64,000 nucleotides of DNA, from positions 678,537 to 742,536 of the forward strand of contig CAVWLO010000003.1 in assembly GCA_963755985.1 (NCBI GenBank), written 5' to 3'. Of this stretch, positions 38,561 to 48,816 are shown piece by piece (within the stretch, counting starts at the first letter, position 1; the number at the start of each line of letters is the position of its first letter). The notes beneath the pieces were generated by a model that saw only the letters and a program-made list of their open reading frames with translations, did no database searches and was not told the origin of the DNA. This DNA comes from an uncultured Acidimicrobiaceae bacterium. Lineage in GTDB: Bacteria; Actinomycetota; Acidimicrobiia; Acidimicrobiales; RAAP-2. The position numbers were made by a program, and so were the translations under genes.

Positions 38561-39546
38561 TGGCCATCCCCGAACCTCCTCGCCAGCGGCAGAATTTCCT
38601 GGGTGGCTTCAAGCTGACCCTCGAGCACTTGGGGCGTCTGCCGGTGACCCGGCAGTACCCCGAGGAGAAGCGACCCAAGCAGCCTCGCCAGCACGGGCGC
38701 CACGTCCTCAACCGGTACGAGGACGGGATGGAGAAGTGCATCGGGTGCGAGCTCTGTGCCGGTGTGTGCCCGGCCGACTGCATCTACGTGCGCGGCCTGG
38801 ACAACCCGCCTGACGACCCCGTCTCGCCCGGCGAGCGCTACGGCTTCATCTATGAGATCAACTTCTTGCGCTGCATCCACTGCGACATGTGCGTGGAGGC
38901 GTGCCCGACCGAGGCCATCACCGAGTCCAAGATGTTCGAGTTCTCCTTCACCAACCGGTCCGACGCCATCTACACCAAAGAGGAGCTCTTGGTCGACGAC
39001 GACGGCATGCCCAAGAAGCTGCCGTGGGAGGACTGGCGGGAGGGCGACGACCTCCACACCTCGGGGTGGATGCGGGCCACCTCCCCGTCGGGCAGCGCCG
39101 CCTACGAGGGCCAGGTCCAGTGGTCCGGTGACCTGGGATACGGGGTCCGCGCCCCCGAAGCGGGCCAGAGCAGCACTCGGAACGATGCCACCACCGGATC
39201 CAAGCGCCTGCGGGACACGCTCGAGCGCCACCTGAGCCCGGTCGACCTGCCGGCGGCCAAACGCGGCCCTCGCGGCGCTATCGGCCGGATGATCGAGAAG
39301 GCCGAGCGGTTCGCTCCCAGCGCCAGTCGCAAACACAAGGCCAAAGCCGATGCGGCCTACACCGAGGCGTTGACAGCCGGAAACACCGACCGCGGAGAGA
39401 CGGCGCGGGCTGTGTCCGATGCCGCGCCCGACAGCCCCGCGCCCGACAGCCCCGCGCCCGACAGCCCCGCGCCCGACAGTGGCGCGCCCCGGCCGGACAG
39501 TGCCGACAGTGCCGACAGCGCCGGCCCGGACGGGGCCAGCCGGTAA
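38560..39546 (+). CDS. nuoI: NADH-quinone oxidoreductase subunit I with a long C-terminal extension
   Basis: It carries CIGCELCAGVCP and CIHCDMCVEACP. About 150 extra C-terminal residues end in APDSP x4 and DSA x3 repeats. Confidence 0.9.
   Translation: MAIPEPPRQRQNFLGGFKLTLEHLGRLPVTRQYPEEKRPKQPRQHGRHVLNRYEDGMEKCIGCELCAGVCPADCIYVRGLDNPPDDPVSPGERYGFIYEINFLRCIHCDMCVEACPTEAITESKMFEFSFTNRSDAIYTKEELLVDDDGMPKKLPWEDWREGDDLHTSGWMRATSPSGSAAYEGQVQWSGDLGYGVRAPEAGQSSTRNDATTGSKRLRDTLERHLSPVDLPAAKRGPRGAIGRMIEKAERFAPSASRKHKAKADAAYTEALTAGNTDRGETARAVSDAAPDSPAPDSPAPDSPAPDSGAPRPDSADSADSAGPDGASR
39424..39522 (+). repeat. 15-bp x4 and 9-bp x3 in-frame tandem repeats at the 3' end of nuoI
   Basis: The units are gcgcccgacagcccc and gacagtgcc. 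Confidence 0.95.
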
Positions 39547-40358
39547 TGCTCTCGTTCGTGAACGGGGCCCCGCTGGCCCCGCTGGCCGCCACCCACGCCT
39601 CGTGGGTTGATATCGGCACGTTCGCAGTAGCTGCGGCCATCGTCCTGGCTGGAGCCATCGGGGTGGTCATCGCCCGGAACCCGGTCCACGCCGCCTTGAT
39701 GTTGGTCATGACGCTGTTCGGGATCGCGGTGCTCTTCGTGGCCCAGCGGGCCGACTTCCTGGCCGCCGTGCAGGTCATCGTCTATGCCGGCGCCATCGTG
39801 GTGTTGTTCCTCTTCGTCATCATGTTCCTGGGGGTGGACAAGACCGAGAGCGTGAAGGCCGAGCCCCTCCGCGGCCAGCGCCCCCTGGCTGTGGCCCTGA
39901 CGGCGCTGGGCCTGGCCGGCGTGCTCATCTTGGGCCTCGTCTCCCACTGGACCACGGGCAAGGCCTCGGTGGCCGGGGCGGCCAACGGCCCCGGCAGCAA
40001 TGTGGCCAAGTTGGGTCGGTCGGTGTTCACCACCTACCTGTTCCCCTTCGAAGTGACGTCCGCCCTGCTGGTCATTGCCGTGGTCGGCGCCGTCGTCCTG
40101 GCTCGCCGCCCTCCGACATCGAGCGGCGGGACGCCCGAGCCGATCGACGCGACCACCGACGCCGACCGGCCCAGCGGCGACCGCCGCGATCCGGCCACCG
40201 GCGACCCGATTGGTGACTCGACTGGTGCCGGCGACCCAACCACCGGTGGCGGCGACCCGCCCAGCCGGGCCGACGTCCCGCCCAGCCGGGCCGGCGTTCC
40301 GGCCAGCAGGGCCAGCGATTCGCCTACTGAGACCGTCGACGAGGAGGTGGCACCGTGA
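39546..40358 (+). CDS. nuoJ: NADH-quinone oxidoreductase subunit J
   Basis: It has ND6-like TM helices ([25 protein letters not shown]). A Pro/Asp-rich C-terminal tail of about 90 aa follows. Confidence 0.88.
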   Translation: MLSFVNGAPLAPLAATHASWVDIGTFAVAAAIVLAGAIGVVIARNPVHAALMLVMTLFGIAVLFVAQRADFLAAVQVIVYAGAIVVLFLFVIMFLGVDKTESVKAEPLRGQRPLAVALTALGLAGVLILGLVSHWTTGKASVAGAANGPGSNVAKLGRSVFTTYLFPFEVTSALLVIAVVGAVVLARRPPTSSGGTPEPIDATTDADRPSGDRRDPATGDPIGDSTGAGDPTTGGGDPPSRADVPPSRAGVPASRASDSPTETVDEEVAP

Positions 40359-40660
40359 CCATCGCCGGGGCCTGGTATCTGGGACTTGCAGCCGTGCTGT
40401 TCTCCATCGGCGCCCTCGGGCTGCTGGTCCGGCGCAACGTCCTGGTCATGTTCATGTGCGTGGAGCTGATGCTCAATGCCGCCAATCTGACCTTTGTCAC
40501 CTTCGCCCGGATGATGAACGACATCGGCGGGCAGGTCTTGGTCTTCTTCGTGCTGGTGGTGGCCGCCGCTGAGGTAGTCGTCGGTCTCGGCATCGTCGTA
40601 GCCATCTTCCGACGCCGGGCCAACGCCACTGCGGACGACCTCCACCTGATGAAGGGCTGA
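40355..40660 (+). CDS. nuoK: NADH-quinone oxidoreductase subunit K
   Basis: 101 aa with the ND4L pattern [17 protein letters not shown]...[18 protein letters not shown]. Confidence 0.95.
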   Translation: MTIAGAWYLGLAAVLFSIGALGLLVRRNVLVMFMCVELMLNAANLTFVTFARMMNDIGGQVLVFFVLVVAAAEVVVGLGIVVAIFRRRANATADDLHLMKG

Positions 40661-40668
40661 CCGGGCCG

Positions 40669-42588
40669 ATGTTGCACCTTACGTACCTCATTGTCCTGCT
40701 GCCCCTGGTCGGTTTTGCCTTCCAGGTGCTGTTCGGCCGGCGGATGGGCGACCCCCGGGCCGGGGCGGTGGCGACCGCGTTCGTGGCCGCGTCCTTCGTG
40801 GTGTCGGTCGTGGTCTTCTTCGCGCTGTTGAACGTGCACACACCGGTGCGGTCGTACACCCAGACCCTCTACACCTTCCTGCCGGTGGGGGGCCTCCACG
40901 TCAACGCGGCCTTCACCGTCGACCCGCTGTCAATGACCATGGTGCTGTTCATCACCGGCATCAGCACGCTCATCCACCTGTACTCGATCTCCTACATGAA
41001 AGGCGACCGGGACTACCCCAAATTCTTCCTGTACATGAACCTGTTCGTCGCCATGATGCTGATCCTGGTGCTCGGGTCCAACATGTTGATGACCTTCATC
41101 GGCTGGGAGGGGGTGGGTGCCTGCTCGTACTGGTTGATCGCGTTCTGGTTCACGCGGGACTCGGCCGCCAGCGCAGGCAAGAAGGCCTTCATCTACAACC
41201 GGGTCGGCGACGTCGGATTCCTGTTGGCCATGTTCCTGACCTTCGAGAAGGTGGGCTCGCTCAACTACTCGACGGTCTTCTCCCACCTTTCGGAGATCGG
41301 TCCGGGCAACATCACGGCCATCACCCTTCTGCTGTTCCTGGGCGCAGCGGGCAAGTCGGCCCAGCTCCCGCTGTTTCCCTGGCTGGCCGACGCCATGGAG
41401 GGCCCGACGCCGGTGTCGGCTCTCATCCACGCGGCCACCATGGTCACAGCCGGCGTCTACCTCATGTGCCGGGTCAACCCGTTGCTGGCCGCCTCACCCG
41501 ACGCAGCCCTCACGGTGGCCATCGTCGGCGCGGTGACCGCGTTCGTGGCCGCCACCATCGCTTGCGCGCAGAACGACATCAAGAAGGTGCTGGCCTTTTC
41601 CACCGTGTCCCAGCTCGGGTACATGTTCCTGGCCATCGGGACGGGCGCCTACGAGGCGGCCATCTTCTTGATGGTGGCCCACGCCTTCTTCAAGGCGCTC
41701 CTGTTCCTCGGAGCAGGCTCGGTCATCCACGGGCTGCACGACGAACAGGACCTCAAGCGCATGGGCAACCTGCGCCGGTACATCAAGCTGACCTTTTGGA
41801 CCTTCACCGTGGGCTGGCTGGCCATCGCCGGCATCCCGCCCCTGTCCGGGTTCTGGGCCAAGGGCGACGTACTCGATGCGGCCTGGGCCCGGCACCCCGC
41901 TCTCTGGGGAGTGGGACTGGCGACCGCCCTCCTCACCGCCTACTACTTGAGCCGGCTGTCGGGGCTGGCCTTCTTCGGCAAGGACCGCTGGAACAAGGAA
42001 CCCATCGACCCGGGTGACCCGGGCGTCCATGCTGCTGGGCCCATGACCGCGCCCCACGAGCCAGCGTGGCCTATGCGCATCCCCCTCATCATCCTGGCCG
42101 TCCTCGCCTTCTTCGGCGGGGTGCTCAGCTTCCCGTGGACGACCCGTTACTCCCTGTTGAAGTGGGTGGACCCGGTGTTCGGGGCCAACCTGTACAACGC
42201 GCACGAGAGCACACGGGTCCAGTGGGAGCTCGCCATCACCGACTCGGTCATCGCCGTCATCGGCTTGGTCATCGCCCTCGTCTTGTGGACGCGTCGGGCC
42301 GATCGACCGGAGCTGGAGCCCACCTTCTTGCGACGGTGGTGGTTCATCGACGCCCTGATCGACTTGGTCTTCAGCCGGACGGGTGCCCGGCTGGCCCAGT
42401 TCTCGGCCACGGTGGTCGAGGACGGGATCATCGATGGCGCAGTCAATGGGGTGGGCACCCTGGTCCGCCGGACCGGGGGCCTGGTCCGCAAGGCCCAGTC
42501 CGGGTACGTCCGCAACTACGCCTTGGCCATCGTGCTCGGGGTGGTCGGCGTGCTCGCCTTCATGCTGTCGCGACTGTGGTGGTCGTAG
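40669..42588 (+). CDS. nuoL: NADH-quinone oxidoreductase subunit L
   Basis: 639 aa with the ND5 pattern GWEGVGACSYWLI, AGKSAQLPLFPWLADAMEGPTPVSALIHAATMVTAG. Confidence 0.95.
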   Translation: MLHLTYLIVLLPLVGFAFQVLFGRRMGDPRAGAVATAFVAASFVVSVVVFFALLNVHTPVRSYTQTLYTFLPVGGLHVNAAFTVDPLSMTMVLFITGISTLIHLYSISYMKGDRDYPKFFLYMNLFVAMMLILVLGSNMLMTFIGWEGVGACSYWLIAFWFTRDSAASAGKKAFIYNRVGDVGFLLAMFLTFEKVGSLNYSTVFSHLSEIGPGNITAITLLLFLGAAGKSAQLPLFPWLADAMEGPTPVSALIHAATMVTAGVYLMCRVNPLLAASPDAALTVAIVGAVTAFVAATIACAQNDIKKVLAFSTVSQLGYMFLAIGTGAYEAAIFLMVAHAFFKALLFLGAGSVIHGLHDEQDLKRMGNLRRYIKLTFWTFTVGWLAIAGIPPLSGFWAKGDVLDAAWARHPALWGVGLATALLTAYYLSRLSGLAFFGKDRWNKEPIDPGDPGVHAAGPMTAPHEPAWPMRIPLIILAVLAFFGGVLSFPWTTRYSLLKWVDPVFGANLYNAHESTRVQWELAITDSVIAVIGLVIALVLWTRRADRPELEPTFLRRWWFIDALIDLVFSRTGARLAQFSATVVEDGIIDGAVNGVGTLVRRTGGLVRKAQSGYVRNYALAIVLGVVGVLAFMLSRLWWS

Positions 42589-44168
42589 TGAGCCACTCGG
42601 CCACCTTTCCCTTTCTCACCGTCTTGGTGCTGGTGCCCGCCATCGGCGCGGCAGTGGTGGCGCTGATCCCCACCGCGTCGGTGGCCAAGTGGTTCCACGA
42701 AGCGTTCGGGCTGGCGGTGACGGTGGTGACCCTGGTCGTGGCTGTGACCATCGCCTTCAAGTTCCGCACCGGGTTCGGCGGCTACCAGCTCACCTCGGAC
42801 CACGTGTGGGCCAAGGCACTCGGCATCCACTGGTCGCTCGGAATCGACGGGATCTCCCTCTTCCTGGTCCTCTTGTCCGCCCTGTTGTTCCCGCTCTGCA
42901 TCCTGGGGGCCAGGTCGAAACGAGACCCTCGCAGCTTCGTTGCCTGGCTGCTGGTGCTGGAGACGGCGTGCCTCGGGAGCTTCGTCTCGCTCGACTTGAT
43001 GTTGTTCTTCCTCTTCTTCGAGCTGACCCTGGTGCCGGTGTACTTCCTCATCGGCGGCTGGGGCTATTCCCGCAGGGGTTATGCCGCAGTCAAGTTCTTC
43101 ATCTACACCTTCGGCGGCTCGGCCTTCCTGCTGGTGGGGATCCTGGCTGTCGCCTTCATCCACCAGTCCCAGACCGGCGTGCTGACCTTCGAGCTCCCGG
43201 CCCTCATGCACACCCACTTCTCGGGGACGGCCGGGGTCCTCTTGTTCCTGGCCTTCACCGCCGCCTTCGCCGTAAAGGCTCCACTCTTCCCTTTCCACAC
43301 GTGGTCACCCGACGCCTATGCCCAGGCGCCCACGGCCGGATCGGTCATCTTGGCCGCGGTGATGGCCAAGTTGGGGACCTACGGGATCATCCGGTTCGAC
43401 CTCAACTTGTTCCCCCAGGCCACCAGGACCCTGGCCCCCATCCTGTTGACCCTGGCCGTCATCGGCATCCTCTACGGTGCCGTCGTCGCCTGTGCACAAA
43501 GGGACATGAAGCGCCTGGTGGCCTACTCCTCACTGGCCCATATCGGGTTCATCGCTCTGGGCACGTTCGCCCTGACCACCCAGGGGGTCTCGGGCGGTGT
43601 GCTCCAGATGGTCAACCACGGGTTGATCATCGCGGCCATGTTCATTCTCATCGGGTGGATCTACGAGCGCAGGAAGACCTGGCAGGTGTCCCATCTCCGC
43701 GGGCTCCAGTGGTCGGCCCCGGTGCTGGCCGGCATCTTCACCCTGATCGTGATGGCCTCCATCGGGCTCCCCGGCCTCAACGGCTTCGTGGGTGAGTTCC
43801 TCATCCTGTCGGGCACGTTCCTCGTCCACCGGTGGTGGGCGGTGGCGGCCACCATCGGCGTGATCCTGGCTGCTGTGTACCTGCTCTGGATGTACCAACA
43901 GGTCTTCCACGGCAAGCCCGACGCCGCCAACGAGAAGATGCACGACCTACGGTGGAGCGAACGGCTGATCATGGTCCCGCTCGTCGCCGTCATCGTCTTC
44001 CTCGGGGTGTACCCGAAGCCGGTGCTCGACCGGATCACCCCGTCGGTCAACCAACTGCTCGTGCACGTCGAACAGGTCACCCATGTCCGACAGCCGCCAG
44101 TGGCCACCGGCGGCCCGTCGTCGCCGCTCGCAGCCACCTCGACCAGTAGCTCGGGGGGGCAGCGCTGA
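42588..44168 (+). CDS. nuoM: NADH-quinone oxidoreductase subunit M
   Basis: It has the ND4 pattern FAVKAPLFPFHTWSPDAYAQAPTAGSVILAAVMAKLG. GTG 42588 overlaps the nuoL stop. Confidence 0.93.
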   Translation: MSHSATFPFLTVLVLVPAIGAAVVALIPTASVAKWFHEAFGLAVTVVTLVVAVTIAFKFRTGFGGYQLTSDHVWAKALGIHWSLGIDGISLFLVLLSALLFPLCILGARSKRDPRSFVAWLLVLETACLGSFVSLDLMLFFLFFELTLVPVYFLIGGWGYSRRGYAAVKFFIYTFGGSAFLLVGILAVAFIHQSQTGVLTFELPALMHTHFSGTAGVLLFLAFTAAFAVKAPLFPFHTWSPDAYAQAPTAGSVILAAVMAKLGTYGIIRFDLNLFPQATRTLAPILLTLAVIGILYGAVVACAQRDMKRLVAYSSLAHIGFIALGTFALTTQGVSGGVLQMVNHGLIIAAMFILIGWIYERRKTWQVSHLRGLQWSAPVLAGIFTLIVMASIGLPGLNGFVGEFLILSGTFLVHRWWAVAATIGVILAAVYLLWMYQQVFHGKPDAANEKMHDLRWSERLIMVPLVAVIVFLGVYPKPVLDRITPSVNQLLVHVEQVTHVRQPPVATGGPSSPLAATSTSSSGGQR

Positions 44169-45883
44169 TGCCCGCCAACCTCTTTGCCGTTGCCGGTTCG
44201 GCGACCACGGCCATCCACACCCCCCACATCAACTACCTCAGCATCCTTCCCATCCTCATCATGATGGGTGGTGCCGTGCTCCTCATGGGGGCGTCCTCCC
44301 TACTGCGCAAGGTGTTCGGGGTGGGCGTGGGCACCTGGGGGGCGGTGGCGGTCTCGGTCGCCGCCCTCGTCGCGGCCCTCGTCCAGTGGTACGACGTGAC
44401 CACCCACGGGCCGAAGGTCACCATTGCCGGGGCCGTCGCCTACGACGGCTTCAGCGTCTTCATCCAGATCGTGGTGTCGATCACCGTGCTCCTCACCGCC
44501 CTGATCGGGGACGGCTACCTCCGTCGTGAAGGGGTTGAGGGCGCTGAGTTCCACGTGCTGGCCTTGCTGTCGGCGTCGGGGGCGATGCTCATGGGGTCGG
44601 CCAACGACCTGATCGTGGTCTTCCTCGGGCTCGAGATCCTGTCGATCGCGCTCTACGTCCTGGCTGCGTTCAACCACAAGCGGGCCGAATCGGGCGAAGC
44701 CGCACTCAAGTACTTCGTGCTCGGCGCCTTCTCGTCGGCCATCTTCGTCTACGGGATCGCGCTCGCCTACGGGGCGACCGGTACGACCAACCTGCCCCAG
44801 ATCGCCAACTACCTGACCAAGAACGTGGTCGCCTCCAACGGGGTGCTGTTGGCCGGGCTGGCCCTGTTGCTGGTCGGCTTCGGCTTCAAGATCGCCGCCG
44901 TGCCCTTCCACATGTGGTCGCCCGACGTCTATCAGGGATCGCCCTCGCCGGTCACCGGGTTCATGGCCGCCGTGGCCAAGGCCGGCGCCTTCGCTGCCTT
45001 GTTACGGGTGTTCGTATCGTCCTTCGGGGTGGTGCGCACGGACTGGCAGCCCATCGTGTGGGGACTGGCCATTCTCAGCCTGGTGGTCGGGGCGGTGCTC
45101 GCCCTCGTCCAACGGGACGTCAAGCGGATGATGGCCTACTCGTCCATCAACCACGCAGGTTTCATCCTGCTGGGCGTGCAGGCGGCGGACGCCCGTGGCG
45201 TGTCGGCATCGCTCTACTACCTGTTCACCTACATGTTCATGGTCATCGGTACCTTCGCCGTCATCACCGTCATCGGCCGGGTGGGGGACACCGGGCATCA
45301 ACTGTCGGACTACCGGGGCCTGGCCCGTCGGCAACCCCTCCTGGCCGGAATGTTCGCCATCTTCTTGTTGGCCCAGGCCGGGATCCCCTTCACCACCGGC
45401 TTCCTGGCCAAGTTCCAGGTGGTGGCGGCCTCCGTCGACGCCCATTCCTACGCATTGGCCGTGGTGGCTATGGTGTCGGCTGCGGTGGCCGCTTTCTTCT
45501 ACCTGCGGGTGGGGATCACCATGTACTCGCCCGTGGGCCTCGTCGCCGACCCGGTCCCCGGCGAGGTCGACTCGGCTGTGTCCCTGGGCACCGGCGCCGG
45601 GGACGTTCCCGAAGTCCCGGCCGGATCGTTGTCAGTGCCCGATGGGGCCCCGGACGGCCCGGCCGATGGAGTGGCCCGCCGGGGCGGCGAGGTCGAGCGG
45701 GCCAGCCTGGCCTTGATGACCGACGCACCGGCGGAGGCAGACGTGGCCACTCGGGTGGTCAAGGTCCCCGGGCTCACGTGGGTGGCCATCACCATCTGTG
45801 CCGCTTTCACCGTGGTGTTCGGCATCGTCCCCGAGCCGATCATCGACTTCGCCCACCAGGCCACCCTGTTGTTCGTCTCCTGA
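44168..45883 (+). CDS. nuoN: NADH-quinone oxidoreductase subunit N
   Basis: It has the ND2 pattern FKIAAVPFHMWSPDVYQGSPSPVTGFMA. A low-complexity insertion of about 80 aa sits before the last helix. Confidence 0.93.
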   Translation: MPANLFAVAGSATTAIHTPHINYLSILPILIMMGGAVLLMGASSLLRKVFGVGVGTWGAVAVSVAALVAALVQWYDVTTHGPKVTIAGAVAYDGFSVFIQIVVSITVLLTALIGDGYLRREGVEGAEFHVLALLSASGAMLMGSANDLIVVFLGLEILSIALYVLAAFNHKRAESGEAALKYFVLGAFSSAIFVYGIALAYGATGTTNLPQIANYLTKNVVASNGVLLAGLALLLVGFGFKIAAVPFHMWSPDVYQGSPSPVTGFMAAVAKAGAFAALLRVFVSSFGVVRTDWQPIVWGLAILSLVVGAVLALVQRDVKRMMAYSSINHAGFILLGVQAADARGVSASLYYLFTYMFMVIGTFAVITVIGRVGDTGHQLSDYRGLARRQPLLAGMFAIFLLAQAGIPFTTGFLAKFQVVAASVDAHSYALAVVAMVSAAVAAFFYLRVGITMYSPVGLVADPVPGEVDSAVSLGTGAGDVPEVPAGSLSVPDGAPDGPADGVARRGGEVERASLALMTDAPAEADVATRVVKVPGLTWVAITICAAFTVVFGIVPEPIIDFAHQATLLFVS

Positions 45884-45918
45884 GGTAGCCGTCGCCCTAA
45901 GATCCGCGCCGTGGCAAG

Positions 45919-45975
45919 GAGCGTGGTCGTGGGCAAAGAGCGTGGTCGTGGGCAAGGAGCGTGGTCGTGGCTGAG
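45919..45975. repeat. 19-bp x3 tandem repeat whose third copy carries the start codon of the next gene
   Basis: The unit is gagcgtggtcgtgggcaa(a/g). Confidence 0.9.
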
Positions 45976-47385
45976 GTCCTGATAGTGGGCGGCGGCGTCG
46001 TGGGGATGGGCCTCGCCATGCTGCTCGCCGCCGACGACCACGCGGTCACAGTGCTCGAGCGGGACGCGCAACCCCCTCCCCGAGACTGGGAGCAGGCCTG
46101 GGACGGGTGGGAGCGCAAGGGGGTCAACCAATTCCGGTTGCCCCACCTCTTCCTGCCCCGGTACCGCCAGATCCTCGAGTCCGATCTGCCCGAAGTGGTC
46201 GCCGCCCTGGACAGAGACGGCGCCCGGCGCATCAACCCGGTACGTGACGCTCCCGAAGCGTTGACCGGCGGGTCTCGTGACGGAGACGAGCGTTACCAGA
46301 TGCTGTCAGGGCGCCGTGCCGTGGTCGAGCGCTCGGTGGCGTCGGTGGCCGAGGACGCCCCGGGGCTGAGCCTCAGGCGGGGGGTGGCCGTGGCCGGGCT
46401 CCTCCAGGGGACCGAAGCGGCCCGTGGGATTCCACACGTGAAGGGGGTCCGCACCTCCGATGGAGAGGAGATAGACGCCGACTTGGTCATCGATTGCAGC
46501 GGTCGGCGGTCAGCGCTTCCGGCGTGGTTGGAGGGACTCGGCGCCCGACGCCCCGATGAGGAGCTGGAGGACAGTGGGTTCACATATCGGGGGCGACACT
46601 TCCGTTCCCGTGATGGGGGGATGCCGGTCGCCCTCGGGGGCTTCCTCCAGGCCTACGGCTCCATCTCCGTCCTCACCCTCCCTGCTGACAACGACACCTG
46701 GTCGGTCACCCTCGTAGCCCGCTCGGGCGATCGTGCCCTCCTCGGGCTCAAGGATCTCGAGCGGTGGGAGAACGCCGTGCGGTCGCTTCCCACGGTGGCG
46801 CACTGGCTTGATGGGGACCCGATCGAGGACCGGATAGCCACCTTCTCGAAGATCGAAGACCGGCACCGGGATCTGTGCCCCGACGGCATACCGGTGGCCA
46901 CCGGGGTGCTGGCGGTGGCCGACGCATGGGCATGCACGAATCCGTCGGTGGGACGGGGCGTATCCATCGGGATGCTGCACGCCCAGACCCTGCGGGACAC
47001 CCTCCGCCAGACAGGACCCGACCGTCCGGTCGAGCTTTCCGAGGCCTTCGCGGTGGCTACCGCGGCCACAGTCGAACCCTGGTACCAGAGCACGCTGTCG
47101 TTCGATCGGCACCGTCTGGCCGAGATGGCGGCCATCGCCGAGGGAAACACCTACGACCCCGGAGATCCCAGCTACGAGATCACCATGGCGCTCGCCGAAG
47201 CCGGCATGAAGGACCCCGACGCCTTTCGGGCGTTCATGGACATCGCCGGCGTGATCGAGCTGCCCGAGGTTGCCCTCGGCCGCCCAGGGGTGTTCGACAA
47301 GGTCATCGAGCACGGAGCCAACTGGCGCGATCAGCCGACACTCGGGCCCAGCCGGGACGAGTTGATCGCCTTGGCGACGGCGTGA
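45961..47385 (+). CDS. FAD-dependent oxidoreductase
   Basis: The N-terminal dinucleotide fold is VLIVGGGVVGMGLAMLLAADDHAVTVLERD, with a later DLVIDCSGRRS. Confidence 0.75.
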   Translation: MVVAEVLIVGGGVVGMGLAMLLAADDHAVTVLERDAQPPPRDWEQAWDGWERKGVNQFRLPHLFLPRYRQILESDLPEVVAALDRDGARRINPVRDAPEALTGGSRDGDERYQMLSGRRAVVERSVASVAEDAPGLSLRRGVAVAGLLQGTEAARGIPHVKGVRTSDGEEIDADLVIDCSGRRSALPAWLEGLGARRPDEELEDSGFTYRGRHFRSRDGGMPVALGGFLQAYGSISVLTLPADNDTWSVTLVARSGDRALLGLKDLERWENAVRSLPTVAHWLDGDPIEDRIATFSKIEDRHRDLCPDGIPVATGVLAVADAWACTNPSVGRGVSIGMLHAQTLRDTLRQTGPDRPVELSEAFAVATAATVEPWYQSTLSFDRHRLAEMAAIAEGNTYDPGDPSYEITMALAEAGMKDPDAFRAFMDIAGVIELPEVALGRPGVFDKVIEHGANWRDQPTLGPSRDELIALATA

Positions 47386-47438
47386 TCGCCCTGGACAGGG
47401 CCTGAACTCATTTCTCGAGACACCAGGAGGAAGCGGAT

Positions 47439-48254
47439 ATGGCGCGCGCAGACAGCAGCGGGGTGGGCATCGAATACCAGGTCGCCGGCGAGGGACGGCC
47501 GGTGGTGCTGCTCCACGGCTTTCCTGACTCCGGATCGCTCTGGCGCCATCAGGTCCCCGCCTTGGCCGACGCCGGCTTCAAGGTCATCGTCCCGGACATG
47601 CGGGGCTACGGCGCCTCGGACAAGCCGGCCGAGATCGATGCGTACAACATGCTCTTCTTGGTTGCCGACGTAGGAGCAGTGCTCGACCACGCCGGTGTGC
47701 AACGGGCCCATGTGGTTGGCCACGACTGGGGAGCCGCGGTGGCCTGGGTGATGGCGGCCACCGCTCCCGACTACGTCGACCAACTCGCCACCCTCTCGGT
47801 CGGCCACCCGTCCAGCTTCCGAGCCGGTGGGTTCGAACAGCTCGAGAAGTCGTGGTACATGCTCTTGTTCCAATTCGAATCCGTTGCCGAACGCTGGCTC
47901 TCGGACGACGACTGGGCCAACTTCCGAGCATGGGGCCATCATCCTGATGCCGACGCCGTCATTGCCGACCTGGAGTCCACCGCTTCGTTGACTCCCGGCC
48001 TCAACTGGTACCGGGCCAACGTTCCCCCCGAGTCGTATCTGGGGCCGCCCCTCGAGTTGCCCGCCGTCCAGGCTCCCACCATGGGGGTGTGGAGTAGCGG
48101 AGACCCGGCGCTGACCGAGGGGCAGATGACCCGCTCGTCGGCCCACGTCTCGGGTCCATGGCGCTACGAGCGGCTGGACGGCCCCGGCCATTGGATGCAG
48201 CTCGAGGCGCCCCAGGAGGTCAACCGGCTGCTCTTGGACTTCCTACCCGCGTAG
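47439..48254 (+). CDS. alpha/beta hydrolase (epoxide hydrolase-like)
   Basis: It carries VVLLHGFPDSGSLWRHQ, PDMRGYGASD, the nucleophile elbow VVGHDWGA and a C-terminal GHWMQLE. Confidence 0.85.
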   Translation: MARADSSGVGIEYQVAGEGRPVVLLHGFPDSGSLWRHQVPALADAGFKVIVPDMRGYGASDKPAEIDAYNMLFLVADVGAVLDHAGVQRAHVVGHDWGAAVAWVMAATAPDYVDQLATLSVGHPSSFRAGGFEQLEKSWYMLLFQFESVAERWLSDDDWANFRAWGHHPDADAVIADLESTASLTPGLNWYRANVPPESYLGPPLELPAVQAPTMGVWSSGDPALTEGQMTRSSAHVSGPWRYERLDGPGHWMQLEAPQEVNRLLLDFLPA

Positions 48255-48354
48255 ACCGCGGCATCAGCCCTCGTCCCGGGCCAACCGCCGCCCGGCGTCC
48301 CTGTACCGGCCAGGCGTCGGCATTATTGTGAGCTTCCAGAGGCACACAGAGGGG

Positions 48355-48639
48355 ATGTCGATCGTGAGCACTGTCCCAACCGGCCTGCCGAGCCCACCCG
48401 CGTCAGAGGACCAACAACGGAACCGACGAGATATCGCCCGTGTGGTCGCTGCGCTGGTCATCGTGGCCATCCTCGTCGCTTTCGTGGTGAAGAACAGCGA
48501 AAAGGTGAACGTCAGCTTCGTCTTCTTCAGCGCGAACGTGCGGCTCATCTGGGTGCTGCTGATCACCGCTGTCCTCGGTGCGCTGGCCGACCGGCTCTTC
48601 CTGTGGCGAAGGCGACGGAAGAGGAGCGACGGGGTCTAA
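48355..48639 (+). CDS. small LapA/DUF1049-like membrane protein
   Basis: The RBS gagggg precedes ATG 48355. It has two TM helices with KNSEKVNVSFVFFSANVRLIWVLL. The region has lower GC. Confidence 0.6.
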   Translation: MSIVSTVPTGLPSPPASEDQQRNRRDIARVVAALVIVAILVAFVVKNSEKVNVSFVFFSANVRLIWVLLITAVLGALADRLFLWRRRRKRSDGV

Positions 48640-48816
48640 GGGTTGGGACGCGCCGCGCCGGCTGACCCTGGCCGCCGGGCGCCCGACGCGACGCCTTCCT
48701 GATCAGGCCCAGAGACGATAGCGGTATGGCATCGGCACGACATCGGCACGGCGCAACCCGGTGAGGGAGCTGTACGCATCACCCAACGCTCCTGGTCGCC
48801 CTCGTAGTGTTGGCCC

